A stretch of 39,841 nucleotides of DNA from a virus (lineage: Duplodnaviria > Heunggongvirae > Uroviricota > Caudoviricetes), in IMG/VR virus record IMGVR_UViG_2711768002_000004, one strand, 5' to 3'. The first letter of the stretch is position 1; each line of letters opens with the position of its first letter. The notes below the pieces were generated by a model. That model saw nothing but the letters and a program-made list of their open reading frames with translations. It was not told the origin of the DNA and ran no database searches. Both the position numbers and the translations under genes were made by a program. This document shows positions 1 through 8,114 of the stretch, one piece after another.

Positions 1-153
1 TATACAGCAATGTCGCCAACGTTGTACTCGTTGTGCCAGCCCGGTTTCAGATACACACCATATTTTCCAGTCCGCGCATGGAAACAGTATTCACCATCGT
101 TTCCTGTCATCACATCAGCAACAGTGTGCATCACCACTTCCGGGGTGTTTACC
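1..153 (-). other. Flanking DNA outside the IS66-family element; minus strand carries an open frame of about 50 codons running off the window start (possible IS-disrupted gene fragment)
   Basis: Minus-strand frame translates without stops as NTPEVVMHTVADVMTGNDGEYCFHARTGKYGVYLKPGWHNEYNVGDIAV; lies outside the GTAAGCG motif at 154 that I take as the IS terminus. Could be chance. Confidence 0.25.
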
Positions 154-560
154 GTAAGCGTGCAGCAAGAACCGTATTGACGGGAATGTGTTATTCAGTC
201 GGCAGTGCTACGCGCCAGGGGAGCAGTTCGCCGACCCGGTTTATCGGCCAGTCGGCTATGACGTCAAGGACATAGCGGAGGTAGCTTTCTGGCTCCACTC
301 CGTTCAGTTTGCACGTCCCGATCAGGCTGTACAGCAGCGCTCCCCGCTCTCCTCCATGATCCGAACCGAAGAACAGGTAGTTTTTGCGGCCCAGACTGAC
401 CATCCGCAACGCATTTTCAGCGATGTTATTGTCCGCCTCAGCCCAGCCATCATCTGCATAGTACGTCAGCGCCGGCCACTGGTTCAGGGCGTATGCGAAC
501 GCTTTCGCCAGTTCTGAGTGTCGCGACAGGGTTTTCATCTTTTCACGCAGCCAGCTTTCC
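154..560 (-). mobile_element. IS66-family insertion sequence, right-hand portion (terminal repeat region plus 3' part of tnpC), cut by the N gap
   Basis: tnpC C-terminal reading frame at 191-560; GTAAGCG motif at 154-160, which I recall as the typical IS66-family terminus (from memory, not verified). Confidence 0.65.
191..560 (-). CDS. tnpC: IS66-family transposase TnpC, C-terminal fragment (frame stays open up to the gap)
   Basis: Translation MKTLSRHSELAKAFAYALNQW...DNNIAENALR...GRKNYLFFGSDHGGERGALLYSLIGTCKLNGVEPESYLRYVLDVIADWPINRVGELLPW matches the conserved C-terminus of IS66 TnpC as I recall it; N-terminal ~400 aa absent from the window. Confidence 0.85.
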
Positions 561-682
561 NNNNNNNNNNNNNNNNNNNNNNNNNNNNNNNNNNNNNNNN
601 NNNNNNNNNNNNNNNNNNNNNNNNNNNNNNNNNNNNNNNNNNNNNNNNNNNNNNNNNNNNNNNNNNNNNNNNNNNNNNNNNN
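561..682. other. Assembly gap (run of 122 N)
   Basis: Directly visible. Both the prophage right end and the tnpC N-terminal ~1.2 kb are missing, so true size is probably larger than 122 nt. Confidence 1.
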
Positions 683-690
683 TTAAGCGT

Positions 691-1428
691 TCATTCACTC
701 TCTTTCAAACCAGTTTTAACTGTTTGTGGTTTTGGGTAAGGCTGGACTTTGAATAGCTTTGTGTTAAGGCGTTTTCTGGCTCTCTTGTCCAGAAACCGGA
801 TGTAACGAAACTGACGGAATTTATGAACACTGGCTCTGTCGATATTAGCCCGCAGATGTTCACCTCGCTGTCCTCCTCGTTTGATTGCATTCTTGCAAAT
901 CTCGTGATACCACTCGCCATCAAGTTCATAGAATGTTGTTTCATGACTGCCTACATAATCAAAATTGCTTGCCTGGTACACGACACCAAGACAGCCACAA
1001 CGCTCATCTGCAAACGACTGAACCCACTGCACCTGCGGATAAAGTTGTCTGATTAGTTTGAGCGCGTAACTGATTGCCCTTGATTCGGAGTTTCTCGGCA
1101 TACAGTCATGCAGCCATAACCGGTTAAGCTCCATATATTCGCGGTTCTGCGTGCCAGTTACGACGCGTGCACCATTGTTTGGATTAAGGGCATAACCCCA
1201 TTGCATTACGCCAACCAGCTCCCGTTCTGAAAATATGCCCAGATGAAGGTAGGAATTATTTACGAAACGATGGCTGTAATGTTTATTGACGACGACCAGC
1301 CGGGCCAGCCAGCAACTTATTGTCTCAACCCGTAACTCACGGGAGCCATAACCGACGATATTGTCGTTATAGTGAATAAGTTCAGGCGTGCTGATGATAC
1401 GGGATGTAACTTGCTTTCTGTTCCCCAC
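691..1428 (-). CDS. mom: Mom-like DNA modification protein (start uncertain; GTG at 1428 with AAGGAAA upstream proposed)
   Basis: Long ORF 691-1623 overlaps com in another frame; gene position and the com overlap mirror Mu com-mom. No in-frame ATG downstream of com until far inside the ORF, so an alternative start is inferred. Confidence 0.65.
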   Translation of the reverse strand: MGNRKQVTSRIISTPELIHYNDNIVGYGSRELRVETISCWLARLVVVNKHYSHRFVNNSYLHLGIFSERELVGVMQWGYALNPNNGARVVTGTQNREYMELNRLWLHDCMPRNSESRAISYALKLIRQLYPQVQWVQSFADERCGCLGVVYQASNFDYVGSHETTFYELDGEWYHEICKNAIKRGGQRGEHLRANIDRASVHKFRQFRYIRFLDKRARKRLNTKLFKVQPYPKPQTVKTGLKESE

Positions 1429-1582
1429 GACAGGATTTCCTTGTGTATGTGGGGTGCTCTGTGGCGCTCTGAGATGTGATTTGATTGAGGGTTTTACAGC
1501 GCGGACATTTAACTTCCAGATAACTGAAGCTGGCTCGTGCCAGTAGCTTGTTACAATGTCGGCACCGTATGTTTCGATACAT
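1382..1582 (-). CDS. com: Com-like zinc-finger translational activator of mom
   Basis: [34 protein letters not shown]... has the CxxC-(17)-CxxC zinc finger and N-terminal pattern of Mu Com. Start moved to ATG at 1582 (AGGAGG 10 nt upstream); the ORF track start at 1627 is a TTG. Confidence 0.8.
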   Translation of the reverse strand: MYRNIRCRHCNKLLARASFSYLEVKCPRCKTLNQITSQSATEHPTYTRKSCRGEQKASYIPYHQHA

Positions 1583-1624
1583 GGCCGCATAACCTCCTGC
1601 TTTGTTGTTGATATCTTTATCACT

Positions 1625-1720
1625 CAATCGATCGACAAAAACGATCGATTTGATTTATTTAATTGATACAACAAATAACACGAAATGTCATTAGCGAAAA
1701 TTTATGAGTTTGATCACTAA
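1625..1720 (-). promoter_or_regulatory. Putative com/mom promoter-regulatory region with clustered GATC (Dam) sites
   Basis: GATC at 1630-1633 and 1643-1646 (13 bp apart) and 1712-1715 in an AT-rich region just upstream of com; in Mu the mom promoter is controlled through upstream Dam sites and OxyR. Confidence 0.4.
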
Positions 1721-1838
1721 TTTTAAACGGTGCTGTAACGCATAAGTGCTGAATGATTGTACATTTGAATACCGCAAAGCAAACAAATCAACTAATTTAT
1801 AGAAGTCAATTGGTTAATTGCCAGCGTAAGAGGCTGCT

Positions 1839-2132
1839 ATGGACAATCATGTAACGACGAGAAATCGAAAAATGATTGAAAATGCGGAAATCTATAATGA
1901 TTATTTTTCCGATTATTCAGATGCCTGCAAATACAGTTCGAGTGCGGGAGAGTTCATATGCTTCAACTTTTTTATTAAATCTTATGTTTTTCCTCCACAG
2001 CAAGAAGATGGAGGTGTGCCACCTCCTGAAATCACTTTGCACCGTATAGCCTCCGTCTCAATGATGGAGCAACAGGCTAATGAGCTGTATAGCATTCTGG
2101 GAACGATTCTACAAAAGCGTGAATCGGACTAA
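1839..2132 (+). CDS. Hypothetical protein (97 aa), plus strand, divergent from com
   Basis: ORF with AAGAGG 7 nt upstream of ATG; AT-rich; no recognisable motif. Confidence 0.3.
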   Translation: MDNHVTTRNRKMIENAEIYNDYFSDYSDACKYSSSAGEFICFNFFIKSYVFPPQQEDGGVPPPEITLHRIASVSMMEQQANELYSILGTILQKRESD

Positions 2133-2299
2133 TGATACCGGTTCATTTGCCTGCCCGGATGGGGAAGCAGGATTGACTGCTCCATAAGCAGCTATATTTC
2201 TGAATACGAAATACTATCCAGCGATTACATATGGCTGGATAGCGGCAAAGATGTTTTCATTAGTGTCAAACCGGCAGAGGACACCACCGGTTTGTATTG

Positions 2300-2554
2300 T
2301 TACATCATGGTACTGTCAGTTCCGGGCTGAGCCGGGTCTGGTTGCTCTGGCTGCGCGTCGGTTTTCGGCTCATTATCAGCATCACTGGCCGCAACTGCTG
2401 GCCCAATAAGTTTTGCCAGCACTTCATCAACGTAAGTGTCGATTTGTGCCTCAAAATCCTTGCGGACCTGCGCTTTCAGCAACTTATTTACTTCACCGGA
2501 ATACAGTGCCTGTTTTACCAGGTCTTCAGTGACGGTGCCTTTAATTTCTGGCAT
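2300..2554 (-). CDS. Hypothetical protein (84 aa), acidic/Pro-rich C-terminus
   Basis: ORF with strong AAGGAGG Shine-Dalgarno upstream of ATG at 2554; part of the cargo locus between gin and com. Confidence 0.55.
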   Translation of the reverse strand: MPEIKGTVTEDLVKQALYSGEVNKLLKAQVRKDFEAQIDTYVDEVLAKLIGPAVAASDADNEPKTDAQPEQPDPAQPGTDSTMM

Positions 2555-2589
2555 GTATATCCTCCTTATGCGGGAATAAAGCCCTGCAA

Positions 2590-2772
2590 TCAGGGCTGGG
2601 TCGGGTCTTTTGGGAGCGGAGTTACCTGCGCTGTTTTACTGAGTTTTTCAGCTGCTGCGTCCTCAATTTTGCGGCGAACATAATTTCTGATGGCCTTATA
2701 ACCACCACTCACCAGATATAACGCACATACTGCCGTGCAGAAATACAATAAAATAAGCTGTAAAAATGTCAT
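2590..2772 (-). CDS. Small membrane protein (60 aa, one predicted TM helix)
   Basis: MTFLQLILLYFCTAVCALYLVSGGYKAIRNYVRRK...; start moved to ATG at 2772 preceded by GGGAGGG. Confidence 0.55.
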   Translation of the reverse strand: MTFLQLILLYFCTAVCALYLVSGGYKAIRNYVRRKIEDAAAEKLSKTAQVTPLPKDPTQP

Positions 2773-2787
2773 TATCCCTCCCAATTA

Positions 2788-2814
2788 TTGACATGGTGTT
2801 GACACCGGTAATAT
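2788..2814 (+). promoter_or_regulatory. Candidate sigma70-like promoter / direct TTGACA repeat
   Basis: TTGACA at 2788-2793 and 2799-2804, TAATAT at 2809-2814 (15-bp spacer from the first hexamer). Suboptimal spacing; could equally be a regulator binding site. Confidence 0.3.
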
Positions 2815-2868
2815 CTGTTAGGTAAAAAGGTGCACTGCATTTTTTGCTTTGGATATAACGATCTTTTT

Positions 2869-2910
2869 GCCGCCGGTTTCTTGTTTTCCCTTACCGGCGG
2901 CATTTTTTTA
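2869..2910 (+). terminator. Rho-independent terminator (9-bp GC stem, 15-nt loop, 7-U tail on plus strand)
   Basis: GCCGCCGGT...ACCGGCGGC followed by ATTTTTTT; lies 7 bp beyond the esterase stop. On the minus strand the hairpin is followed by AAAAAG, so only plus-strand termination looks canonical. Confidence 0.6.
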
Positions 2911-2916
2911 TCCTGC

Positions 2917-4971
2917 TTACGCGTTATTCACTTCCACCACGATACTGTCAATCAGTACCGGGTAAGTCGCATTTTTAGTGATATCGGTCACGCGCAACTT
3001 GTCTGCCGTAAACGTGCCGACCGGAGACTGCGACAGCATGAATGGTGTCCCGTCCTTACCATCAATGACCGGCGTCACCTCAATACTGTTGTTACCGGCA
3101 AAACGGAAGCCCAGCGTATGCCATTCGTTATTAAATGCGCCGAATGACCCCAGCTTCGTGTTCTGCGCCGTGTTTCCTTTGTGATACATCACGTTAAGGT
3201 CTGTGGCATCGCTCTGTACGTAGAACGATGCCAGCAGGTTATGACCGGCATTTCCTTCCAGAGTAACCCCTTGCGGCAGGGCAGAAACCGGCCAGTACAG
3301 CGCCAGTGCGTACTGATTAGCCGTAAGCGCGCCATCGAGTTTAAAACGACAACTGACAAGACCACCTTTACCCAGCAGGTCCGCACCATTACCAGCATCA
3401 TGCTCAAGGTACCAGGGGGCTCTTCCTGTTTCCTTGGTCAGTTTCATTGCCTTACCCCCGCTGGCTCCGGCATCATCCACGATTTGAGCCTTGCCACCTC
3501 CGGCAGCCCAACCCTGTGGTGTCAACCGTCCTTCAGACTCAGATGCCCGGTAAGCAAATAGCGTACTCATCGTCGTGGTGTCTGCGGGTGGCGTGGACGG
3601 TTTTGATGGTGTATCAGGTGACGGCTTCTCATCCGGTGGTGTCACGGTCTGCCCACGCATCAGTTCAGCCGTGCGCCCTGCATGGAGCATAATAGCTGAG
3701 GCCAGACGGTCTGAAATGACGCCCCTGCGTGCCCATGAGCTGAAATGGCTGTCACGCTGTGTCGAAACAAAACTGCCCTGGGTTCGGGATGCTGCACCGT
3801 AATACCCGACAGCCACAATATCCGGGTCTTCCGCCGGAGCATTCGTTGGCGTGCTCTGTCCATTCTCATCCGTCAGGAACGGTACAAAGAAAATTTTCTG
3901 TGCTTCCTTGCCTTTGTAGCCACCGTATACTGCCTCATATTTATCGGTGCCAGCGTTTTTCCAGTAATACGTGGTATCACCGCAAATCCACGGCACCGTG
4001 GTGGCATTTCCACTCACGCACTGCGCAGCAAGCGGAGCCAGGTCAGTTCTGAACTGCTGAACCATGGCCGTGAATAAACTATTATGCTGCTGGCTTCCTG
4101 AGGCAAGGTCTGCCTCTCCCTGCATCCAGACCACAGCCAGAAGTTTGTTTTTCGGGTTTTTCGCCAGCGCGACTTTGGTGCGGCTTACCAGGTCCTGATA
4201 CAGAGGTTTACCGGCCCCCCAGCGTGAAGAATCAGCGGAAGCACCGCTGGCCTCACTGAATGAGCCGTCGGCTCCAGTGGTGAATGCTGACCCGCCACGA
4301 CAACAGGGCACCAGAAGTATCCCGGCATTCTGTGGGATATAGGGAAGCAGTTTTTTGGCAATATGCAACCCCTGACCGACAGTCCCGTACTGGCCTTTTG
4401 CCAGATCAGCTTTCGGGTGGTTTATCCCGCTCATATCCTGAACATCATGCAGGCAGTGGTCTGCCGGAATGATGTCGTTGTATGTACACGACGTACCGTT
4501 GGGCGTTACCGTACTGCGGCGTGCCAGTTGCTTAATGCGTGGGTCCGGGCGGTCAAACGAATCCGGTAACGGCAGCCCCTCGCCGTAGGCCATGCCATTT
4601 GACTGACCCGCGAGAATGACAACAAAGTAATATTCCGGCTCTGAACTGCTGCCATTCGTGCTACCGGAAGGCCCGGCGTTATCCGGTGCATTCCAGTCGG
4701 AGGGCGTGAGCGTTCCGGCCACGTCAGATGTGATTGGAATGATGCCAGTCACGCCTGAACTGGTGATTTCTGCACTGGGATTACCGGATACCGGCATTAC
4801 CCATAATGGCTCTTTCGTGCTGAAGCGGATCACGCAGTCTGCGAAGGTGATCCCCCCTTTATTACCCGAAGGGCGGAAAGGGCTTTCAATAAATGCCACC
4901 GTGCCACCGGCAACCTTGACTGAAAACTCTCCGGGCATGGCGGAGAGCATTTTCCACTTGGAGTCTGACAT
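2917..4971 (-). CDS. Large cargo protein (684 aa) with SGNH / sialate-O-acetylesterase-like (DUF303-type) esterase motifs; putative carbohydrate O-acetyl esterase
   Basis: Motifs YFVVILAGQSNGMAYGEG (GQSN block) and AVVWMQGEAD (QGE block) recalled as typical of the family; Ser/Thr/Pro-rich linker and Gly-rich C-terminal ~250 aa. Sits where Mu has no gene (between gin and com). Confidence 0.6.
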   Translation of the reverse strand: MSDSKWKMLSAMPGEFSVKVAGGTVAFIESPFRPSGNKGGITFADCVIRFSTKEPLWVMPVSGNPSAEITSSGVTGIIPITSDVAGTLTPSDWNAPDNAGPSGSTNGSSSEPEYYFVVILAGQSNGMAYGEGLPLPDSFDRPDPRIKQLARRSTVTPNGTSCTYNDIIPADHCLHDVQDMSGINHPKADLAKGQYGTVGQGLHIAKKLLPYIPQNAGILLVPCCRGGSAFTTGADGSFSEASGASADSSRWGAGKPLYQDLVSRTKVALAKNPKNKLLAVVWMQGEADLASGSQQHNSLFTAMVQQFRTDLAPLAAQCVSGNATTVPWICGDTTYYWKNAGTDKYEAVYGGYKGKEAQKIFFVPFLTDENGQSTPTNAPAEDPDIVAVGYYGAASRTQGSFVSTQRDSHFSSWARRGVISDRLASAIMLHAGRTAELMRGQTVTPPDEKPSPDTPSKPSTPPADTTTMSTLFAYRASESEGRLTPQGWAAGGGKAQIVDDAGASGGKAMKLTKETGRAPWYLEHDAGNGADLLGKGGLVSCRFKLDGALTANQYALALYWPVSALPQGVTLEGNAGHNLLASFYVQSDATDLNVMYHKGNTAQNTKLGSFGAFNNEWHTLGFRFAGNNSIEVTPVIDGKDGTPFMLSQSPVGTFTADKLRVTDITKNATYPVLIDSIVVEVNNA

Positions 4972-5056
4972 CGTCTTTTCTGCCTGTTTCTGAATTAAAC
5001 AGAGTCAGAATAGCGACCGCTGAAAAATATGTGTTTTGCGGAAATTCAAAAAAGCG

Positions 5057-5629
5057 TCACGGTACTTTTGGTGACGGAGCTGGTGAGGCAGGAAAATAAC
5101 GATAAAGGGTGGAAAGGCCAATATCAAATATCAGTGCGATTTGTTTACGGGACTCGCCATTAGCCAGCAAACGGGCGATTTGCTCCCGCTCTTTCTCTGT
5201 CAGTTTCTGAGGTCTGCCGCCATGACGCCCCTGAGCACGGGCAGCAGCAAGACCCGCGCGTGTACGTTCAATAATGAGTTCCCGCTCCATTTCCGCCAGC
5301 GCGCCCATTATATGGAAAAAGAAACGTCCCATGGGAGTGGATGTATCAATATTGTCCGTAATGCTGCGGAAGTTAACGCCGCGTTGCCGGAGTTCTTCTG
5401 TTAAAAGGACAAGGTGCTGCATACTGCGTCCAAGGCGATCCAGTTTCCAGACCAGCAGGGTATCCCCTGGCCGGAGTCGCTTTAATGCGCGTTTAAGTCC
5501 GGGACGCTCCCTTGTCTTACCGCTTATTCTGTCTTCGAAAAACAGCTCACATCCTGCACATTCCAGCGCATTTCTTTGTAGCGCCGTATTCTGGTCATTT
5601 GTTGACACCCTGATATACCCAATCAGCAT
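5057..5629 (-). CDS. gin: Serine recombinase DNA invertase (Gin/Hin/Pin/Cin family)
   Basis: MLIGYIRVSTNDQNTALQ...VWKLDRLGRSMQHL...MGRFFFHIMGALAEMERELIIERT...STLYRYF: catalytic Ser region and C-terminal HTH of the Gin family; adjacent to the invertible tail-fibre segment. Confidence 0.9.
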   Translation of the reverse strand: MLIGYIRVSTNDQNTALQRNALECAGCELFFEDRISGKTRERPGLKRALKRLRPGDTLLVWKLDRLGRSMQHLVLLTEELRQRGVNFRSITDNIDTSTPMGRFFFHIMGALAEMERELIIERTRAGLAAARAQGRHGGRPQKLTEKEREQIARLLANGESRKQIALIFDIGLSTLYRYFPASPAPSPKVP

Positions 5630-5694
5630 ACGATTTCCTTATTATAAAAAGCCGGAATTGTCGCATGAGGAATAAAACAGAGTTAATCCTGGCT

Positions 5695-5720
5695 TTCCTG
5701 AAAACCTCGGTTTACGGGAA
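5695..5720. other. gix-like recombination site (left)
   Basis: TTCCTGAAAACC-TC-GGTTTACGGGAA resembles the Mu gix 26-bp site as recalled (TTCCTGTAAACC GA GGTTTTGGATAA); sits at the outer edge of the inverted repeat. Confidence 0.6.
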
Positions 5721-5830
5721 ACGGTAAACAGGGCGGCGAATGCTCTGCCATCGGACGGCACCGCCGTTGCCGCGAATAGACTCGCCACCCCAAGAAATAT
5801 TAATGGGGTTCCCTTTGACGGGACGCAGGA
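5703..5830. repeat. Inverted repeat, left copy, of the tail-fibre crossover region
   Basis: Reverse complement of 6902-7028 is near-identical to 5703-5778 (one mismatch seen) and to 5798-5830, with a diverged ~20-bp stretch between; compared by hand. Confidence 0.85.
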
Positions 5831-6068
5831 CATAAACATCACTTCTGGTATAACACAGCAGGATGCGGATTCCCGATATATCCAGGATATCAGGCTGGGA
5901 GCAGAGAACAGGCAGGTAATGTACGGTGGGGCATATTACTCTGCGTACGGTAATGTTATGGCAGGCCTGCAGATTGACAGTAAAGTTGATGCTTCAAACG
6001 ATTTTATAGCATTCAGACCCCTGCAAAAATTAGTCGGAGGTACATGGATTACGGTATCTCAGTTATAA
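5709..6068 (+). CDS. Alternative tail-fibre C-terminal coding segment (S'-like), currently in the silent orientation (no own start codon)
   Basis: Plus-strand frame reads ...[46 protein letters not shown]...FRPLQKLVGGTWITVSQL*; the first ~40 aa repeat the tail-fibre constant region, the tip is distinct but related to the expressed tip. Confidence 0.65.
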   Translation, partial: GLRETVNRAANALPSDGTAVAANRLATPRNINGVPFDGTQDINITSGITQQDADSRYIQDIRLGAENRQVMYGGAYYSAYGNVMAGLQIDSKVDASNDFIAFRPLQKLVGGTWITVSQL

Positions 6069-6119
6069 ATAGTCAGTAAATAATATATTTTAAAACAGAT
6101 TTATTTCCAGGAGGATTTT

Positions 6120-6641
6120 ATGGAACTAAAAAATATAACCCGTTATTATCCTGAAAATATGCCATATGGTAATAATGTTCAGTATTTCCAGAGTGAAGAT
6201 GGTAAGGATTTCTACGAATCCCTGCCATTATTCACCAAAAAATATAAACTTTGCATAACACCTGACAGCGGCGTTATCTGCTCAATATCACAGGACGCCT
6301 CGGCGCTGTATCCTGCGGGGTTTTCTGTGGTTGAGGTCGATGAACTCCCTGAAGGCACGGATATTTCAGGAAACTGGAAGTTTGATAATGGCATAATCTC
6401 CCGTATTCCGGTTAACTACGCAAGAAAACTGGAAGCAATGCGCCAGTCATATCTTAATCAGGCATATGAAAAAATTAATGACTGGAGAACGGAGCTACAA
6501 CTGGGCACCATCAGCGATGAAGACAGAGCAGCACTTACCCAATGGATGGCATACATCAGTCAGGTGAAGAAAATGGAACTACCCGCCATTAAAACAGAAG
6601 CTGAATTTAACGCCATTAAATGGCCTGAGCAGCCACAGTAA
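6120..6641 (+). CDS. Tail fibre assembly protein (Tfa / Mu U-like chaperone), co-oriented with the silent fibre tip
   Basis: 173 aa, AT-rich gene directly downstream of the alternative fibre segment; C-terminal ...DEDRAALTQWMAYISQVKKMEL resembles Tfa proteins. Functional guess from context and memory. Confidence 0.7.
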   Translation: MELKNITRYYPENMPYGNNVQYFQSEDGKDFYESLPLFTKKYKLCITPDSGVICSISQDASALYPAGFSVVEVDELPEGTDISGNWKFDNGIISRIPVNYARKLEAMRQSYLNQAYEKINDWRTELQLGTISDEDRAALTQWMAYISQVKKMELPAIKTEAEFNAIKWPEQPQ

Positions 6642-6672
6642 TAAAGAAGGCCGGAAGGCCTTCTGAATATCA

Positions 6673-7554
6673 TTATATACTTGCAGCCGTCACCCATGCT
6701 CCATTTAACAGATACTGCAACGGCCGGTAATACACGCCGCCGACGTTATCTGCCGTATTCTTACCGACATCCTGTACTTTAATTCCGGTAAGAACATTGC
6801 CGCCCCCCAGATTCAGATCCCAGCTTTCCCATGTTCCGGGCATATGTGCGGTCACCGACCCCAGTCTTATGGCGGTTACTGTTCCTGATGAGATAGTGAT
6901 ATCCTGCGTCCCGTCAAAGGGAACACCATTAATTGTGTGGGCATTTGCCAGCCTGTTCGCGGCAACGGCGGTGCCGTCCGATGGCAGGGCATTCGCCGCC
7001 CTGTTTACCGTTTCCCGTAAACCGACGTTATCGATAAAAGCCCCTTTATCCGGAATGTCTGCGCCGTTCTGCTCCCTGCGCAGGTAACGGTTATCACCTT
7101 CGCTTTTGCTGTAAACATCCAGATTATTACGGGCGGTTCCCTTATTCTCCAGGTCGGCGAGATTCTGATCCTTCGCCAGGGCATTAACGTCAGCGGGACC
7201 AAGACTGTTTTTTGTGGCAAGCGTCCCCAGACCAAGATAACCACGGGCCAGACGCTGGGCCTCCGCACCGGCATCAGCAATTTCTTTCAGGTTATTTTTC
7301 CGGGAAAAGGCATTCGCAGCGATAATGGCTTTAATGGACAGCGTAAGCTGGTTTAACTGCGCCTTATCCGGCTGAATACTGGCTTCAGCCAGAATATTCA
7401 GCAGTTCGGCCTGGAGAATATTCAGCCAGTCCTGACCAATCCAGCTGATACCTTTTTGTCCGTCACCTTCGGTAAACCAGGTGGTGGTATTACTCTGCGC
7501 CGGTGCCAGCGCAGGCATATTCGCCACGCCGGAATTATTATCAACATGAAACAT
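6673..7554 (-). CDS. Tail fibre protein (Mu S-like; constant N-terminal part plus currently expressed variable tip)
   Basis: Follows the baseplate genes; contains the crossover-region peptide [23 protein letters not shown]...[12 protein letters not shown] that is repeated in inverted orientation at 5709-5830. Confidence 0.8.
   Translation of the reverse strand: MFHVDNNSGVANMPALAPAQSNTTTWFTEGDGQKGISWIGQDWLNILQAELLNILAEASIQPDKAQLNQLTLSIKAIIAANAFSRKNNLKEIADAGAEAQRLARGYLGLGTLATKNSLGPADVNALAKDQNLADLENKGTARNNLDVYSKSEGDNRYLRREQNGADIPDKGAFIDNVGLRETVNRAANALPSDGTAVAANRLANAHTINGVPFDGTQDITISSGTVTAIRLGSVTAHMPGTWESWDLNLGGGNVLTGIKVQDVGKNTADNVGGVYYRPLQYLLNGAWVTAASI
6902..7028. repeat. Inverted repeat, right copy (inside the tail-fibre gene)
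   Basis: See left copy; hand comparison of reverse complement. Confidence 0.85.
7012..7037. other. gix-like recombination site (right)
   Basis: TTCCCGTAAACC-GA-CGTTATCGATAA; inverted relative to the left site. Confidence 0.6.
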
Positions 7555-8114
7555 TAAATAGTCTCCTCTTCATGGCTGTTTGCATAAACGTAAATAAACG
7601 TCTGCCATGCAGGCTTATAACGGTTCAGAATACATTCCAGCGCACCGCCTTCATAAATACGCAGCGGCGTGAGAATATCATCCAGCACATTCATATTCCG
7701 GTAGCCGGTTTCACTGTTAATCGTGACAATACTGACCCACTGCGAATCCGGTGAGGGCTGAATGTCAATCTGATAACCAAACTCCGCCGCAAACCGGATA
7801 TAAAATTCACGGTTCAGCGAGGGCTTCATCCGGTATTTATTTCCGGCATAACGCTGTCGCTCCGTGAGGGTGGCTCCGGCCATATCACACTCGGGAAGCC
7901 CGAGATAACGCTCCCAGTCTTCCAGCAGCAGGCGCGACGTGTCAGGGAAACGCTCGGCAAGCAGCTGTTTACCCGTCCAGGATACACGCGCTGTCGAATG
8001 ACTGAGGCCCAGACATAATGATGCCAGTACGGATGACGGACGCTTGTCCCATGCCAGCCCGTCAGGCAGTAACTGCAACAGGGCGCGCTGATGCGGGGTC
8101 AGGGTTACAGCCAT
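7554..8114 (-). CDS. Tail/baseplate protein (Mu gp48-like, P2 gpI-like)
   Basis: 186 aa; position between the baseplate J-like gene and the tail fibre; start overlaps the downstream gene. Confidence 0.65.
   Translation of the reverse strand: MAVTLTPHQRALLQLLPDGLAWDKRPSSVLASLCLGLSHSTARVSWTGKQLLAERFPDTSRLLLEDWERYLGLPECDMAGATLTERQRYAGNKYRMKPSLNREFYIRFAAEFGYQIDIQPSPDSQWVSIVTINSETGYRNMNVLDDILTPLRIYEGGALECILNRYKPAWQTFIYVYANSHEEETI

Larger units (their letters stand above)
5708..7024. other. Invertible DNA segment (G-segment-like, about 1.3 kb) carrying two alternative tail-fibre tips and one tail-fibre assembly gene
   Basis: Bounded by inverted gix-like sites with central TC (5707-5708) and GA (7024-7025); gin is adjacent; alternative fibre C-termini face each other. 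Confidence 0.7.

Noticed and set aside
493-756. ORFs 493-756 and 518-739 spanning the N run (X-containing translations)
   Set aside because: They read through undetermined bases; artefacts of the gap.
1429-1623. N-terminal 65 codons of the long mom ORF
   Set aside because: This part overlaps com in another frame and begins at a position inside the promoter region; the Mu precedent is a short com-mom overlap, so the start was moved downstream.
2830-3147. Plus-strand ORF antisense to the 3' end of the esterase gene
   Set aside because: Begins inside the terminator region and overlaps the esterase on the opposite strand; the plus-strand signal here is better explained as a short non-coding unit ending at the terminator.
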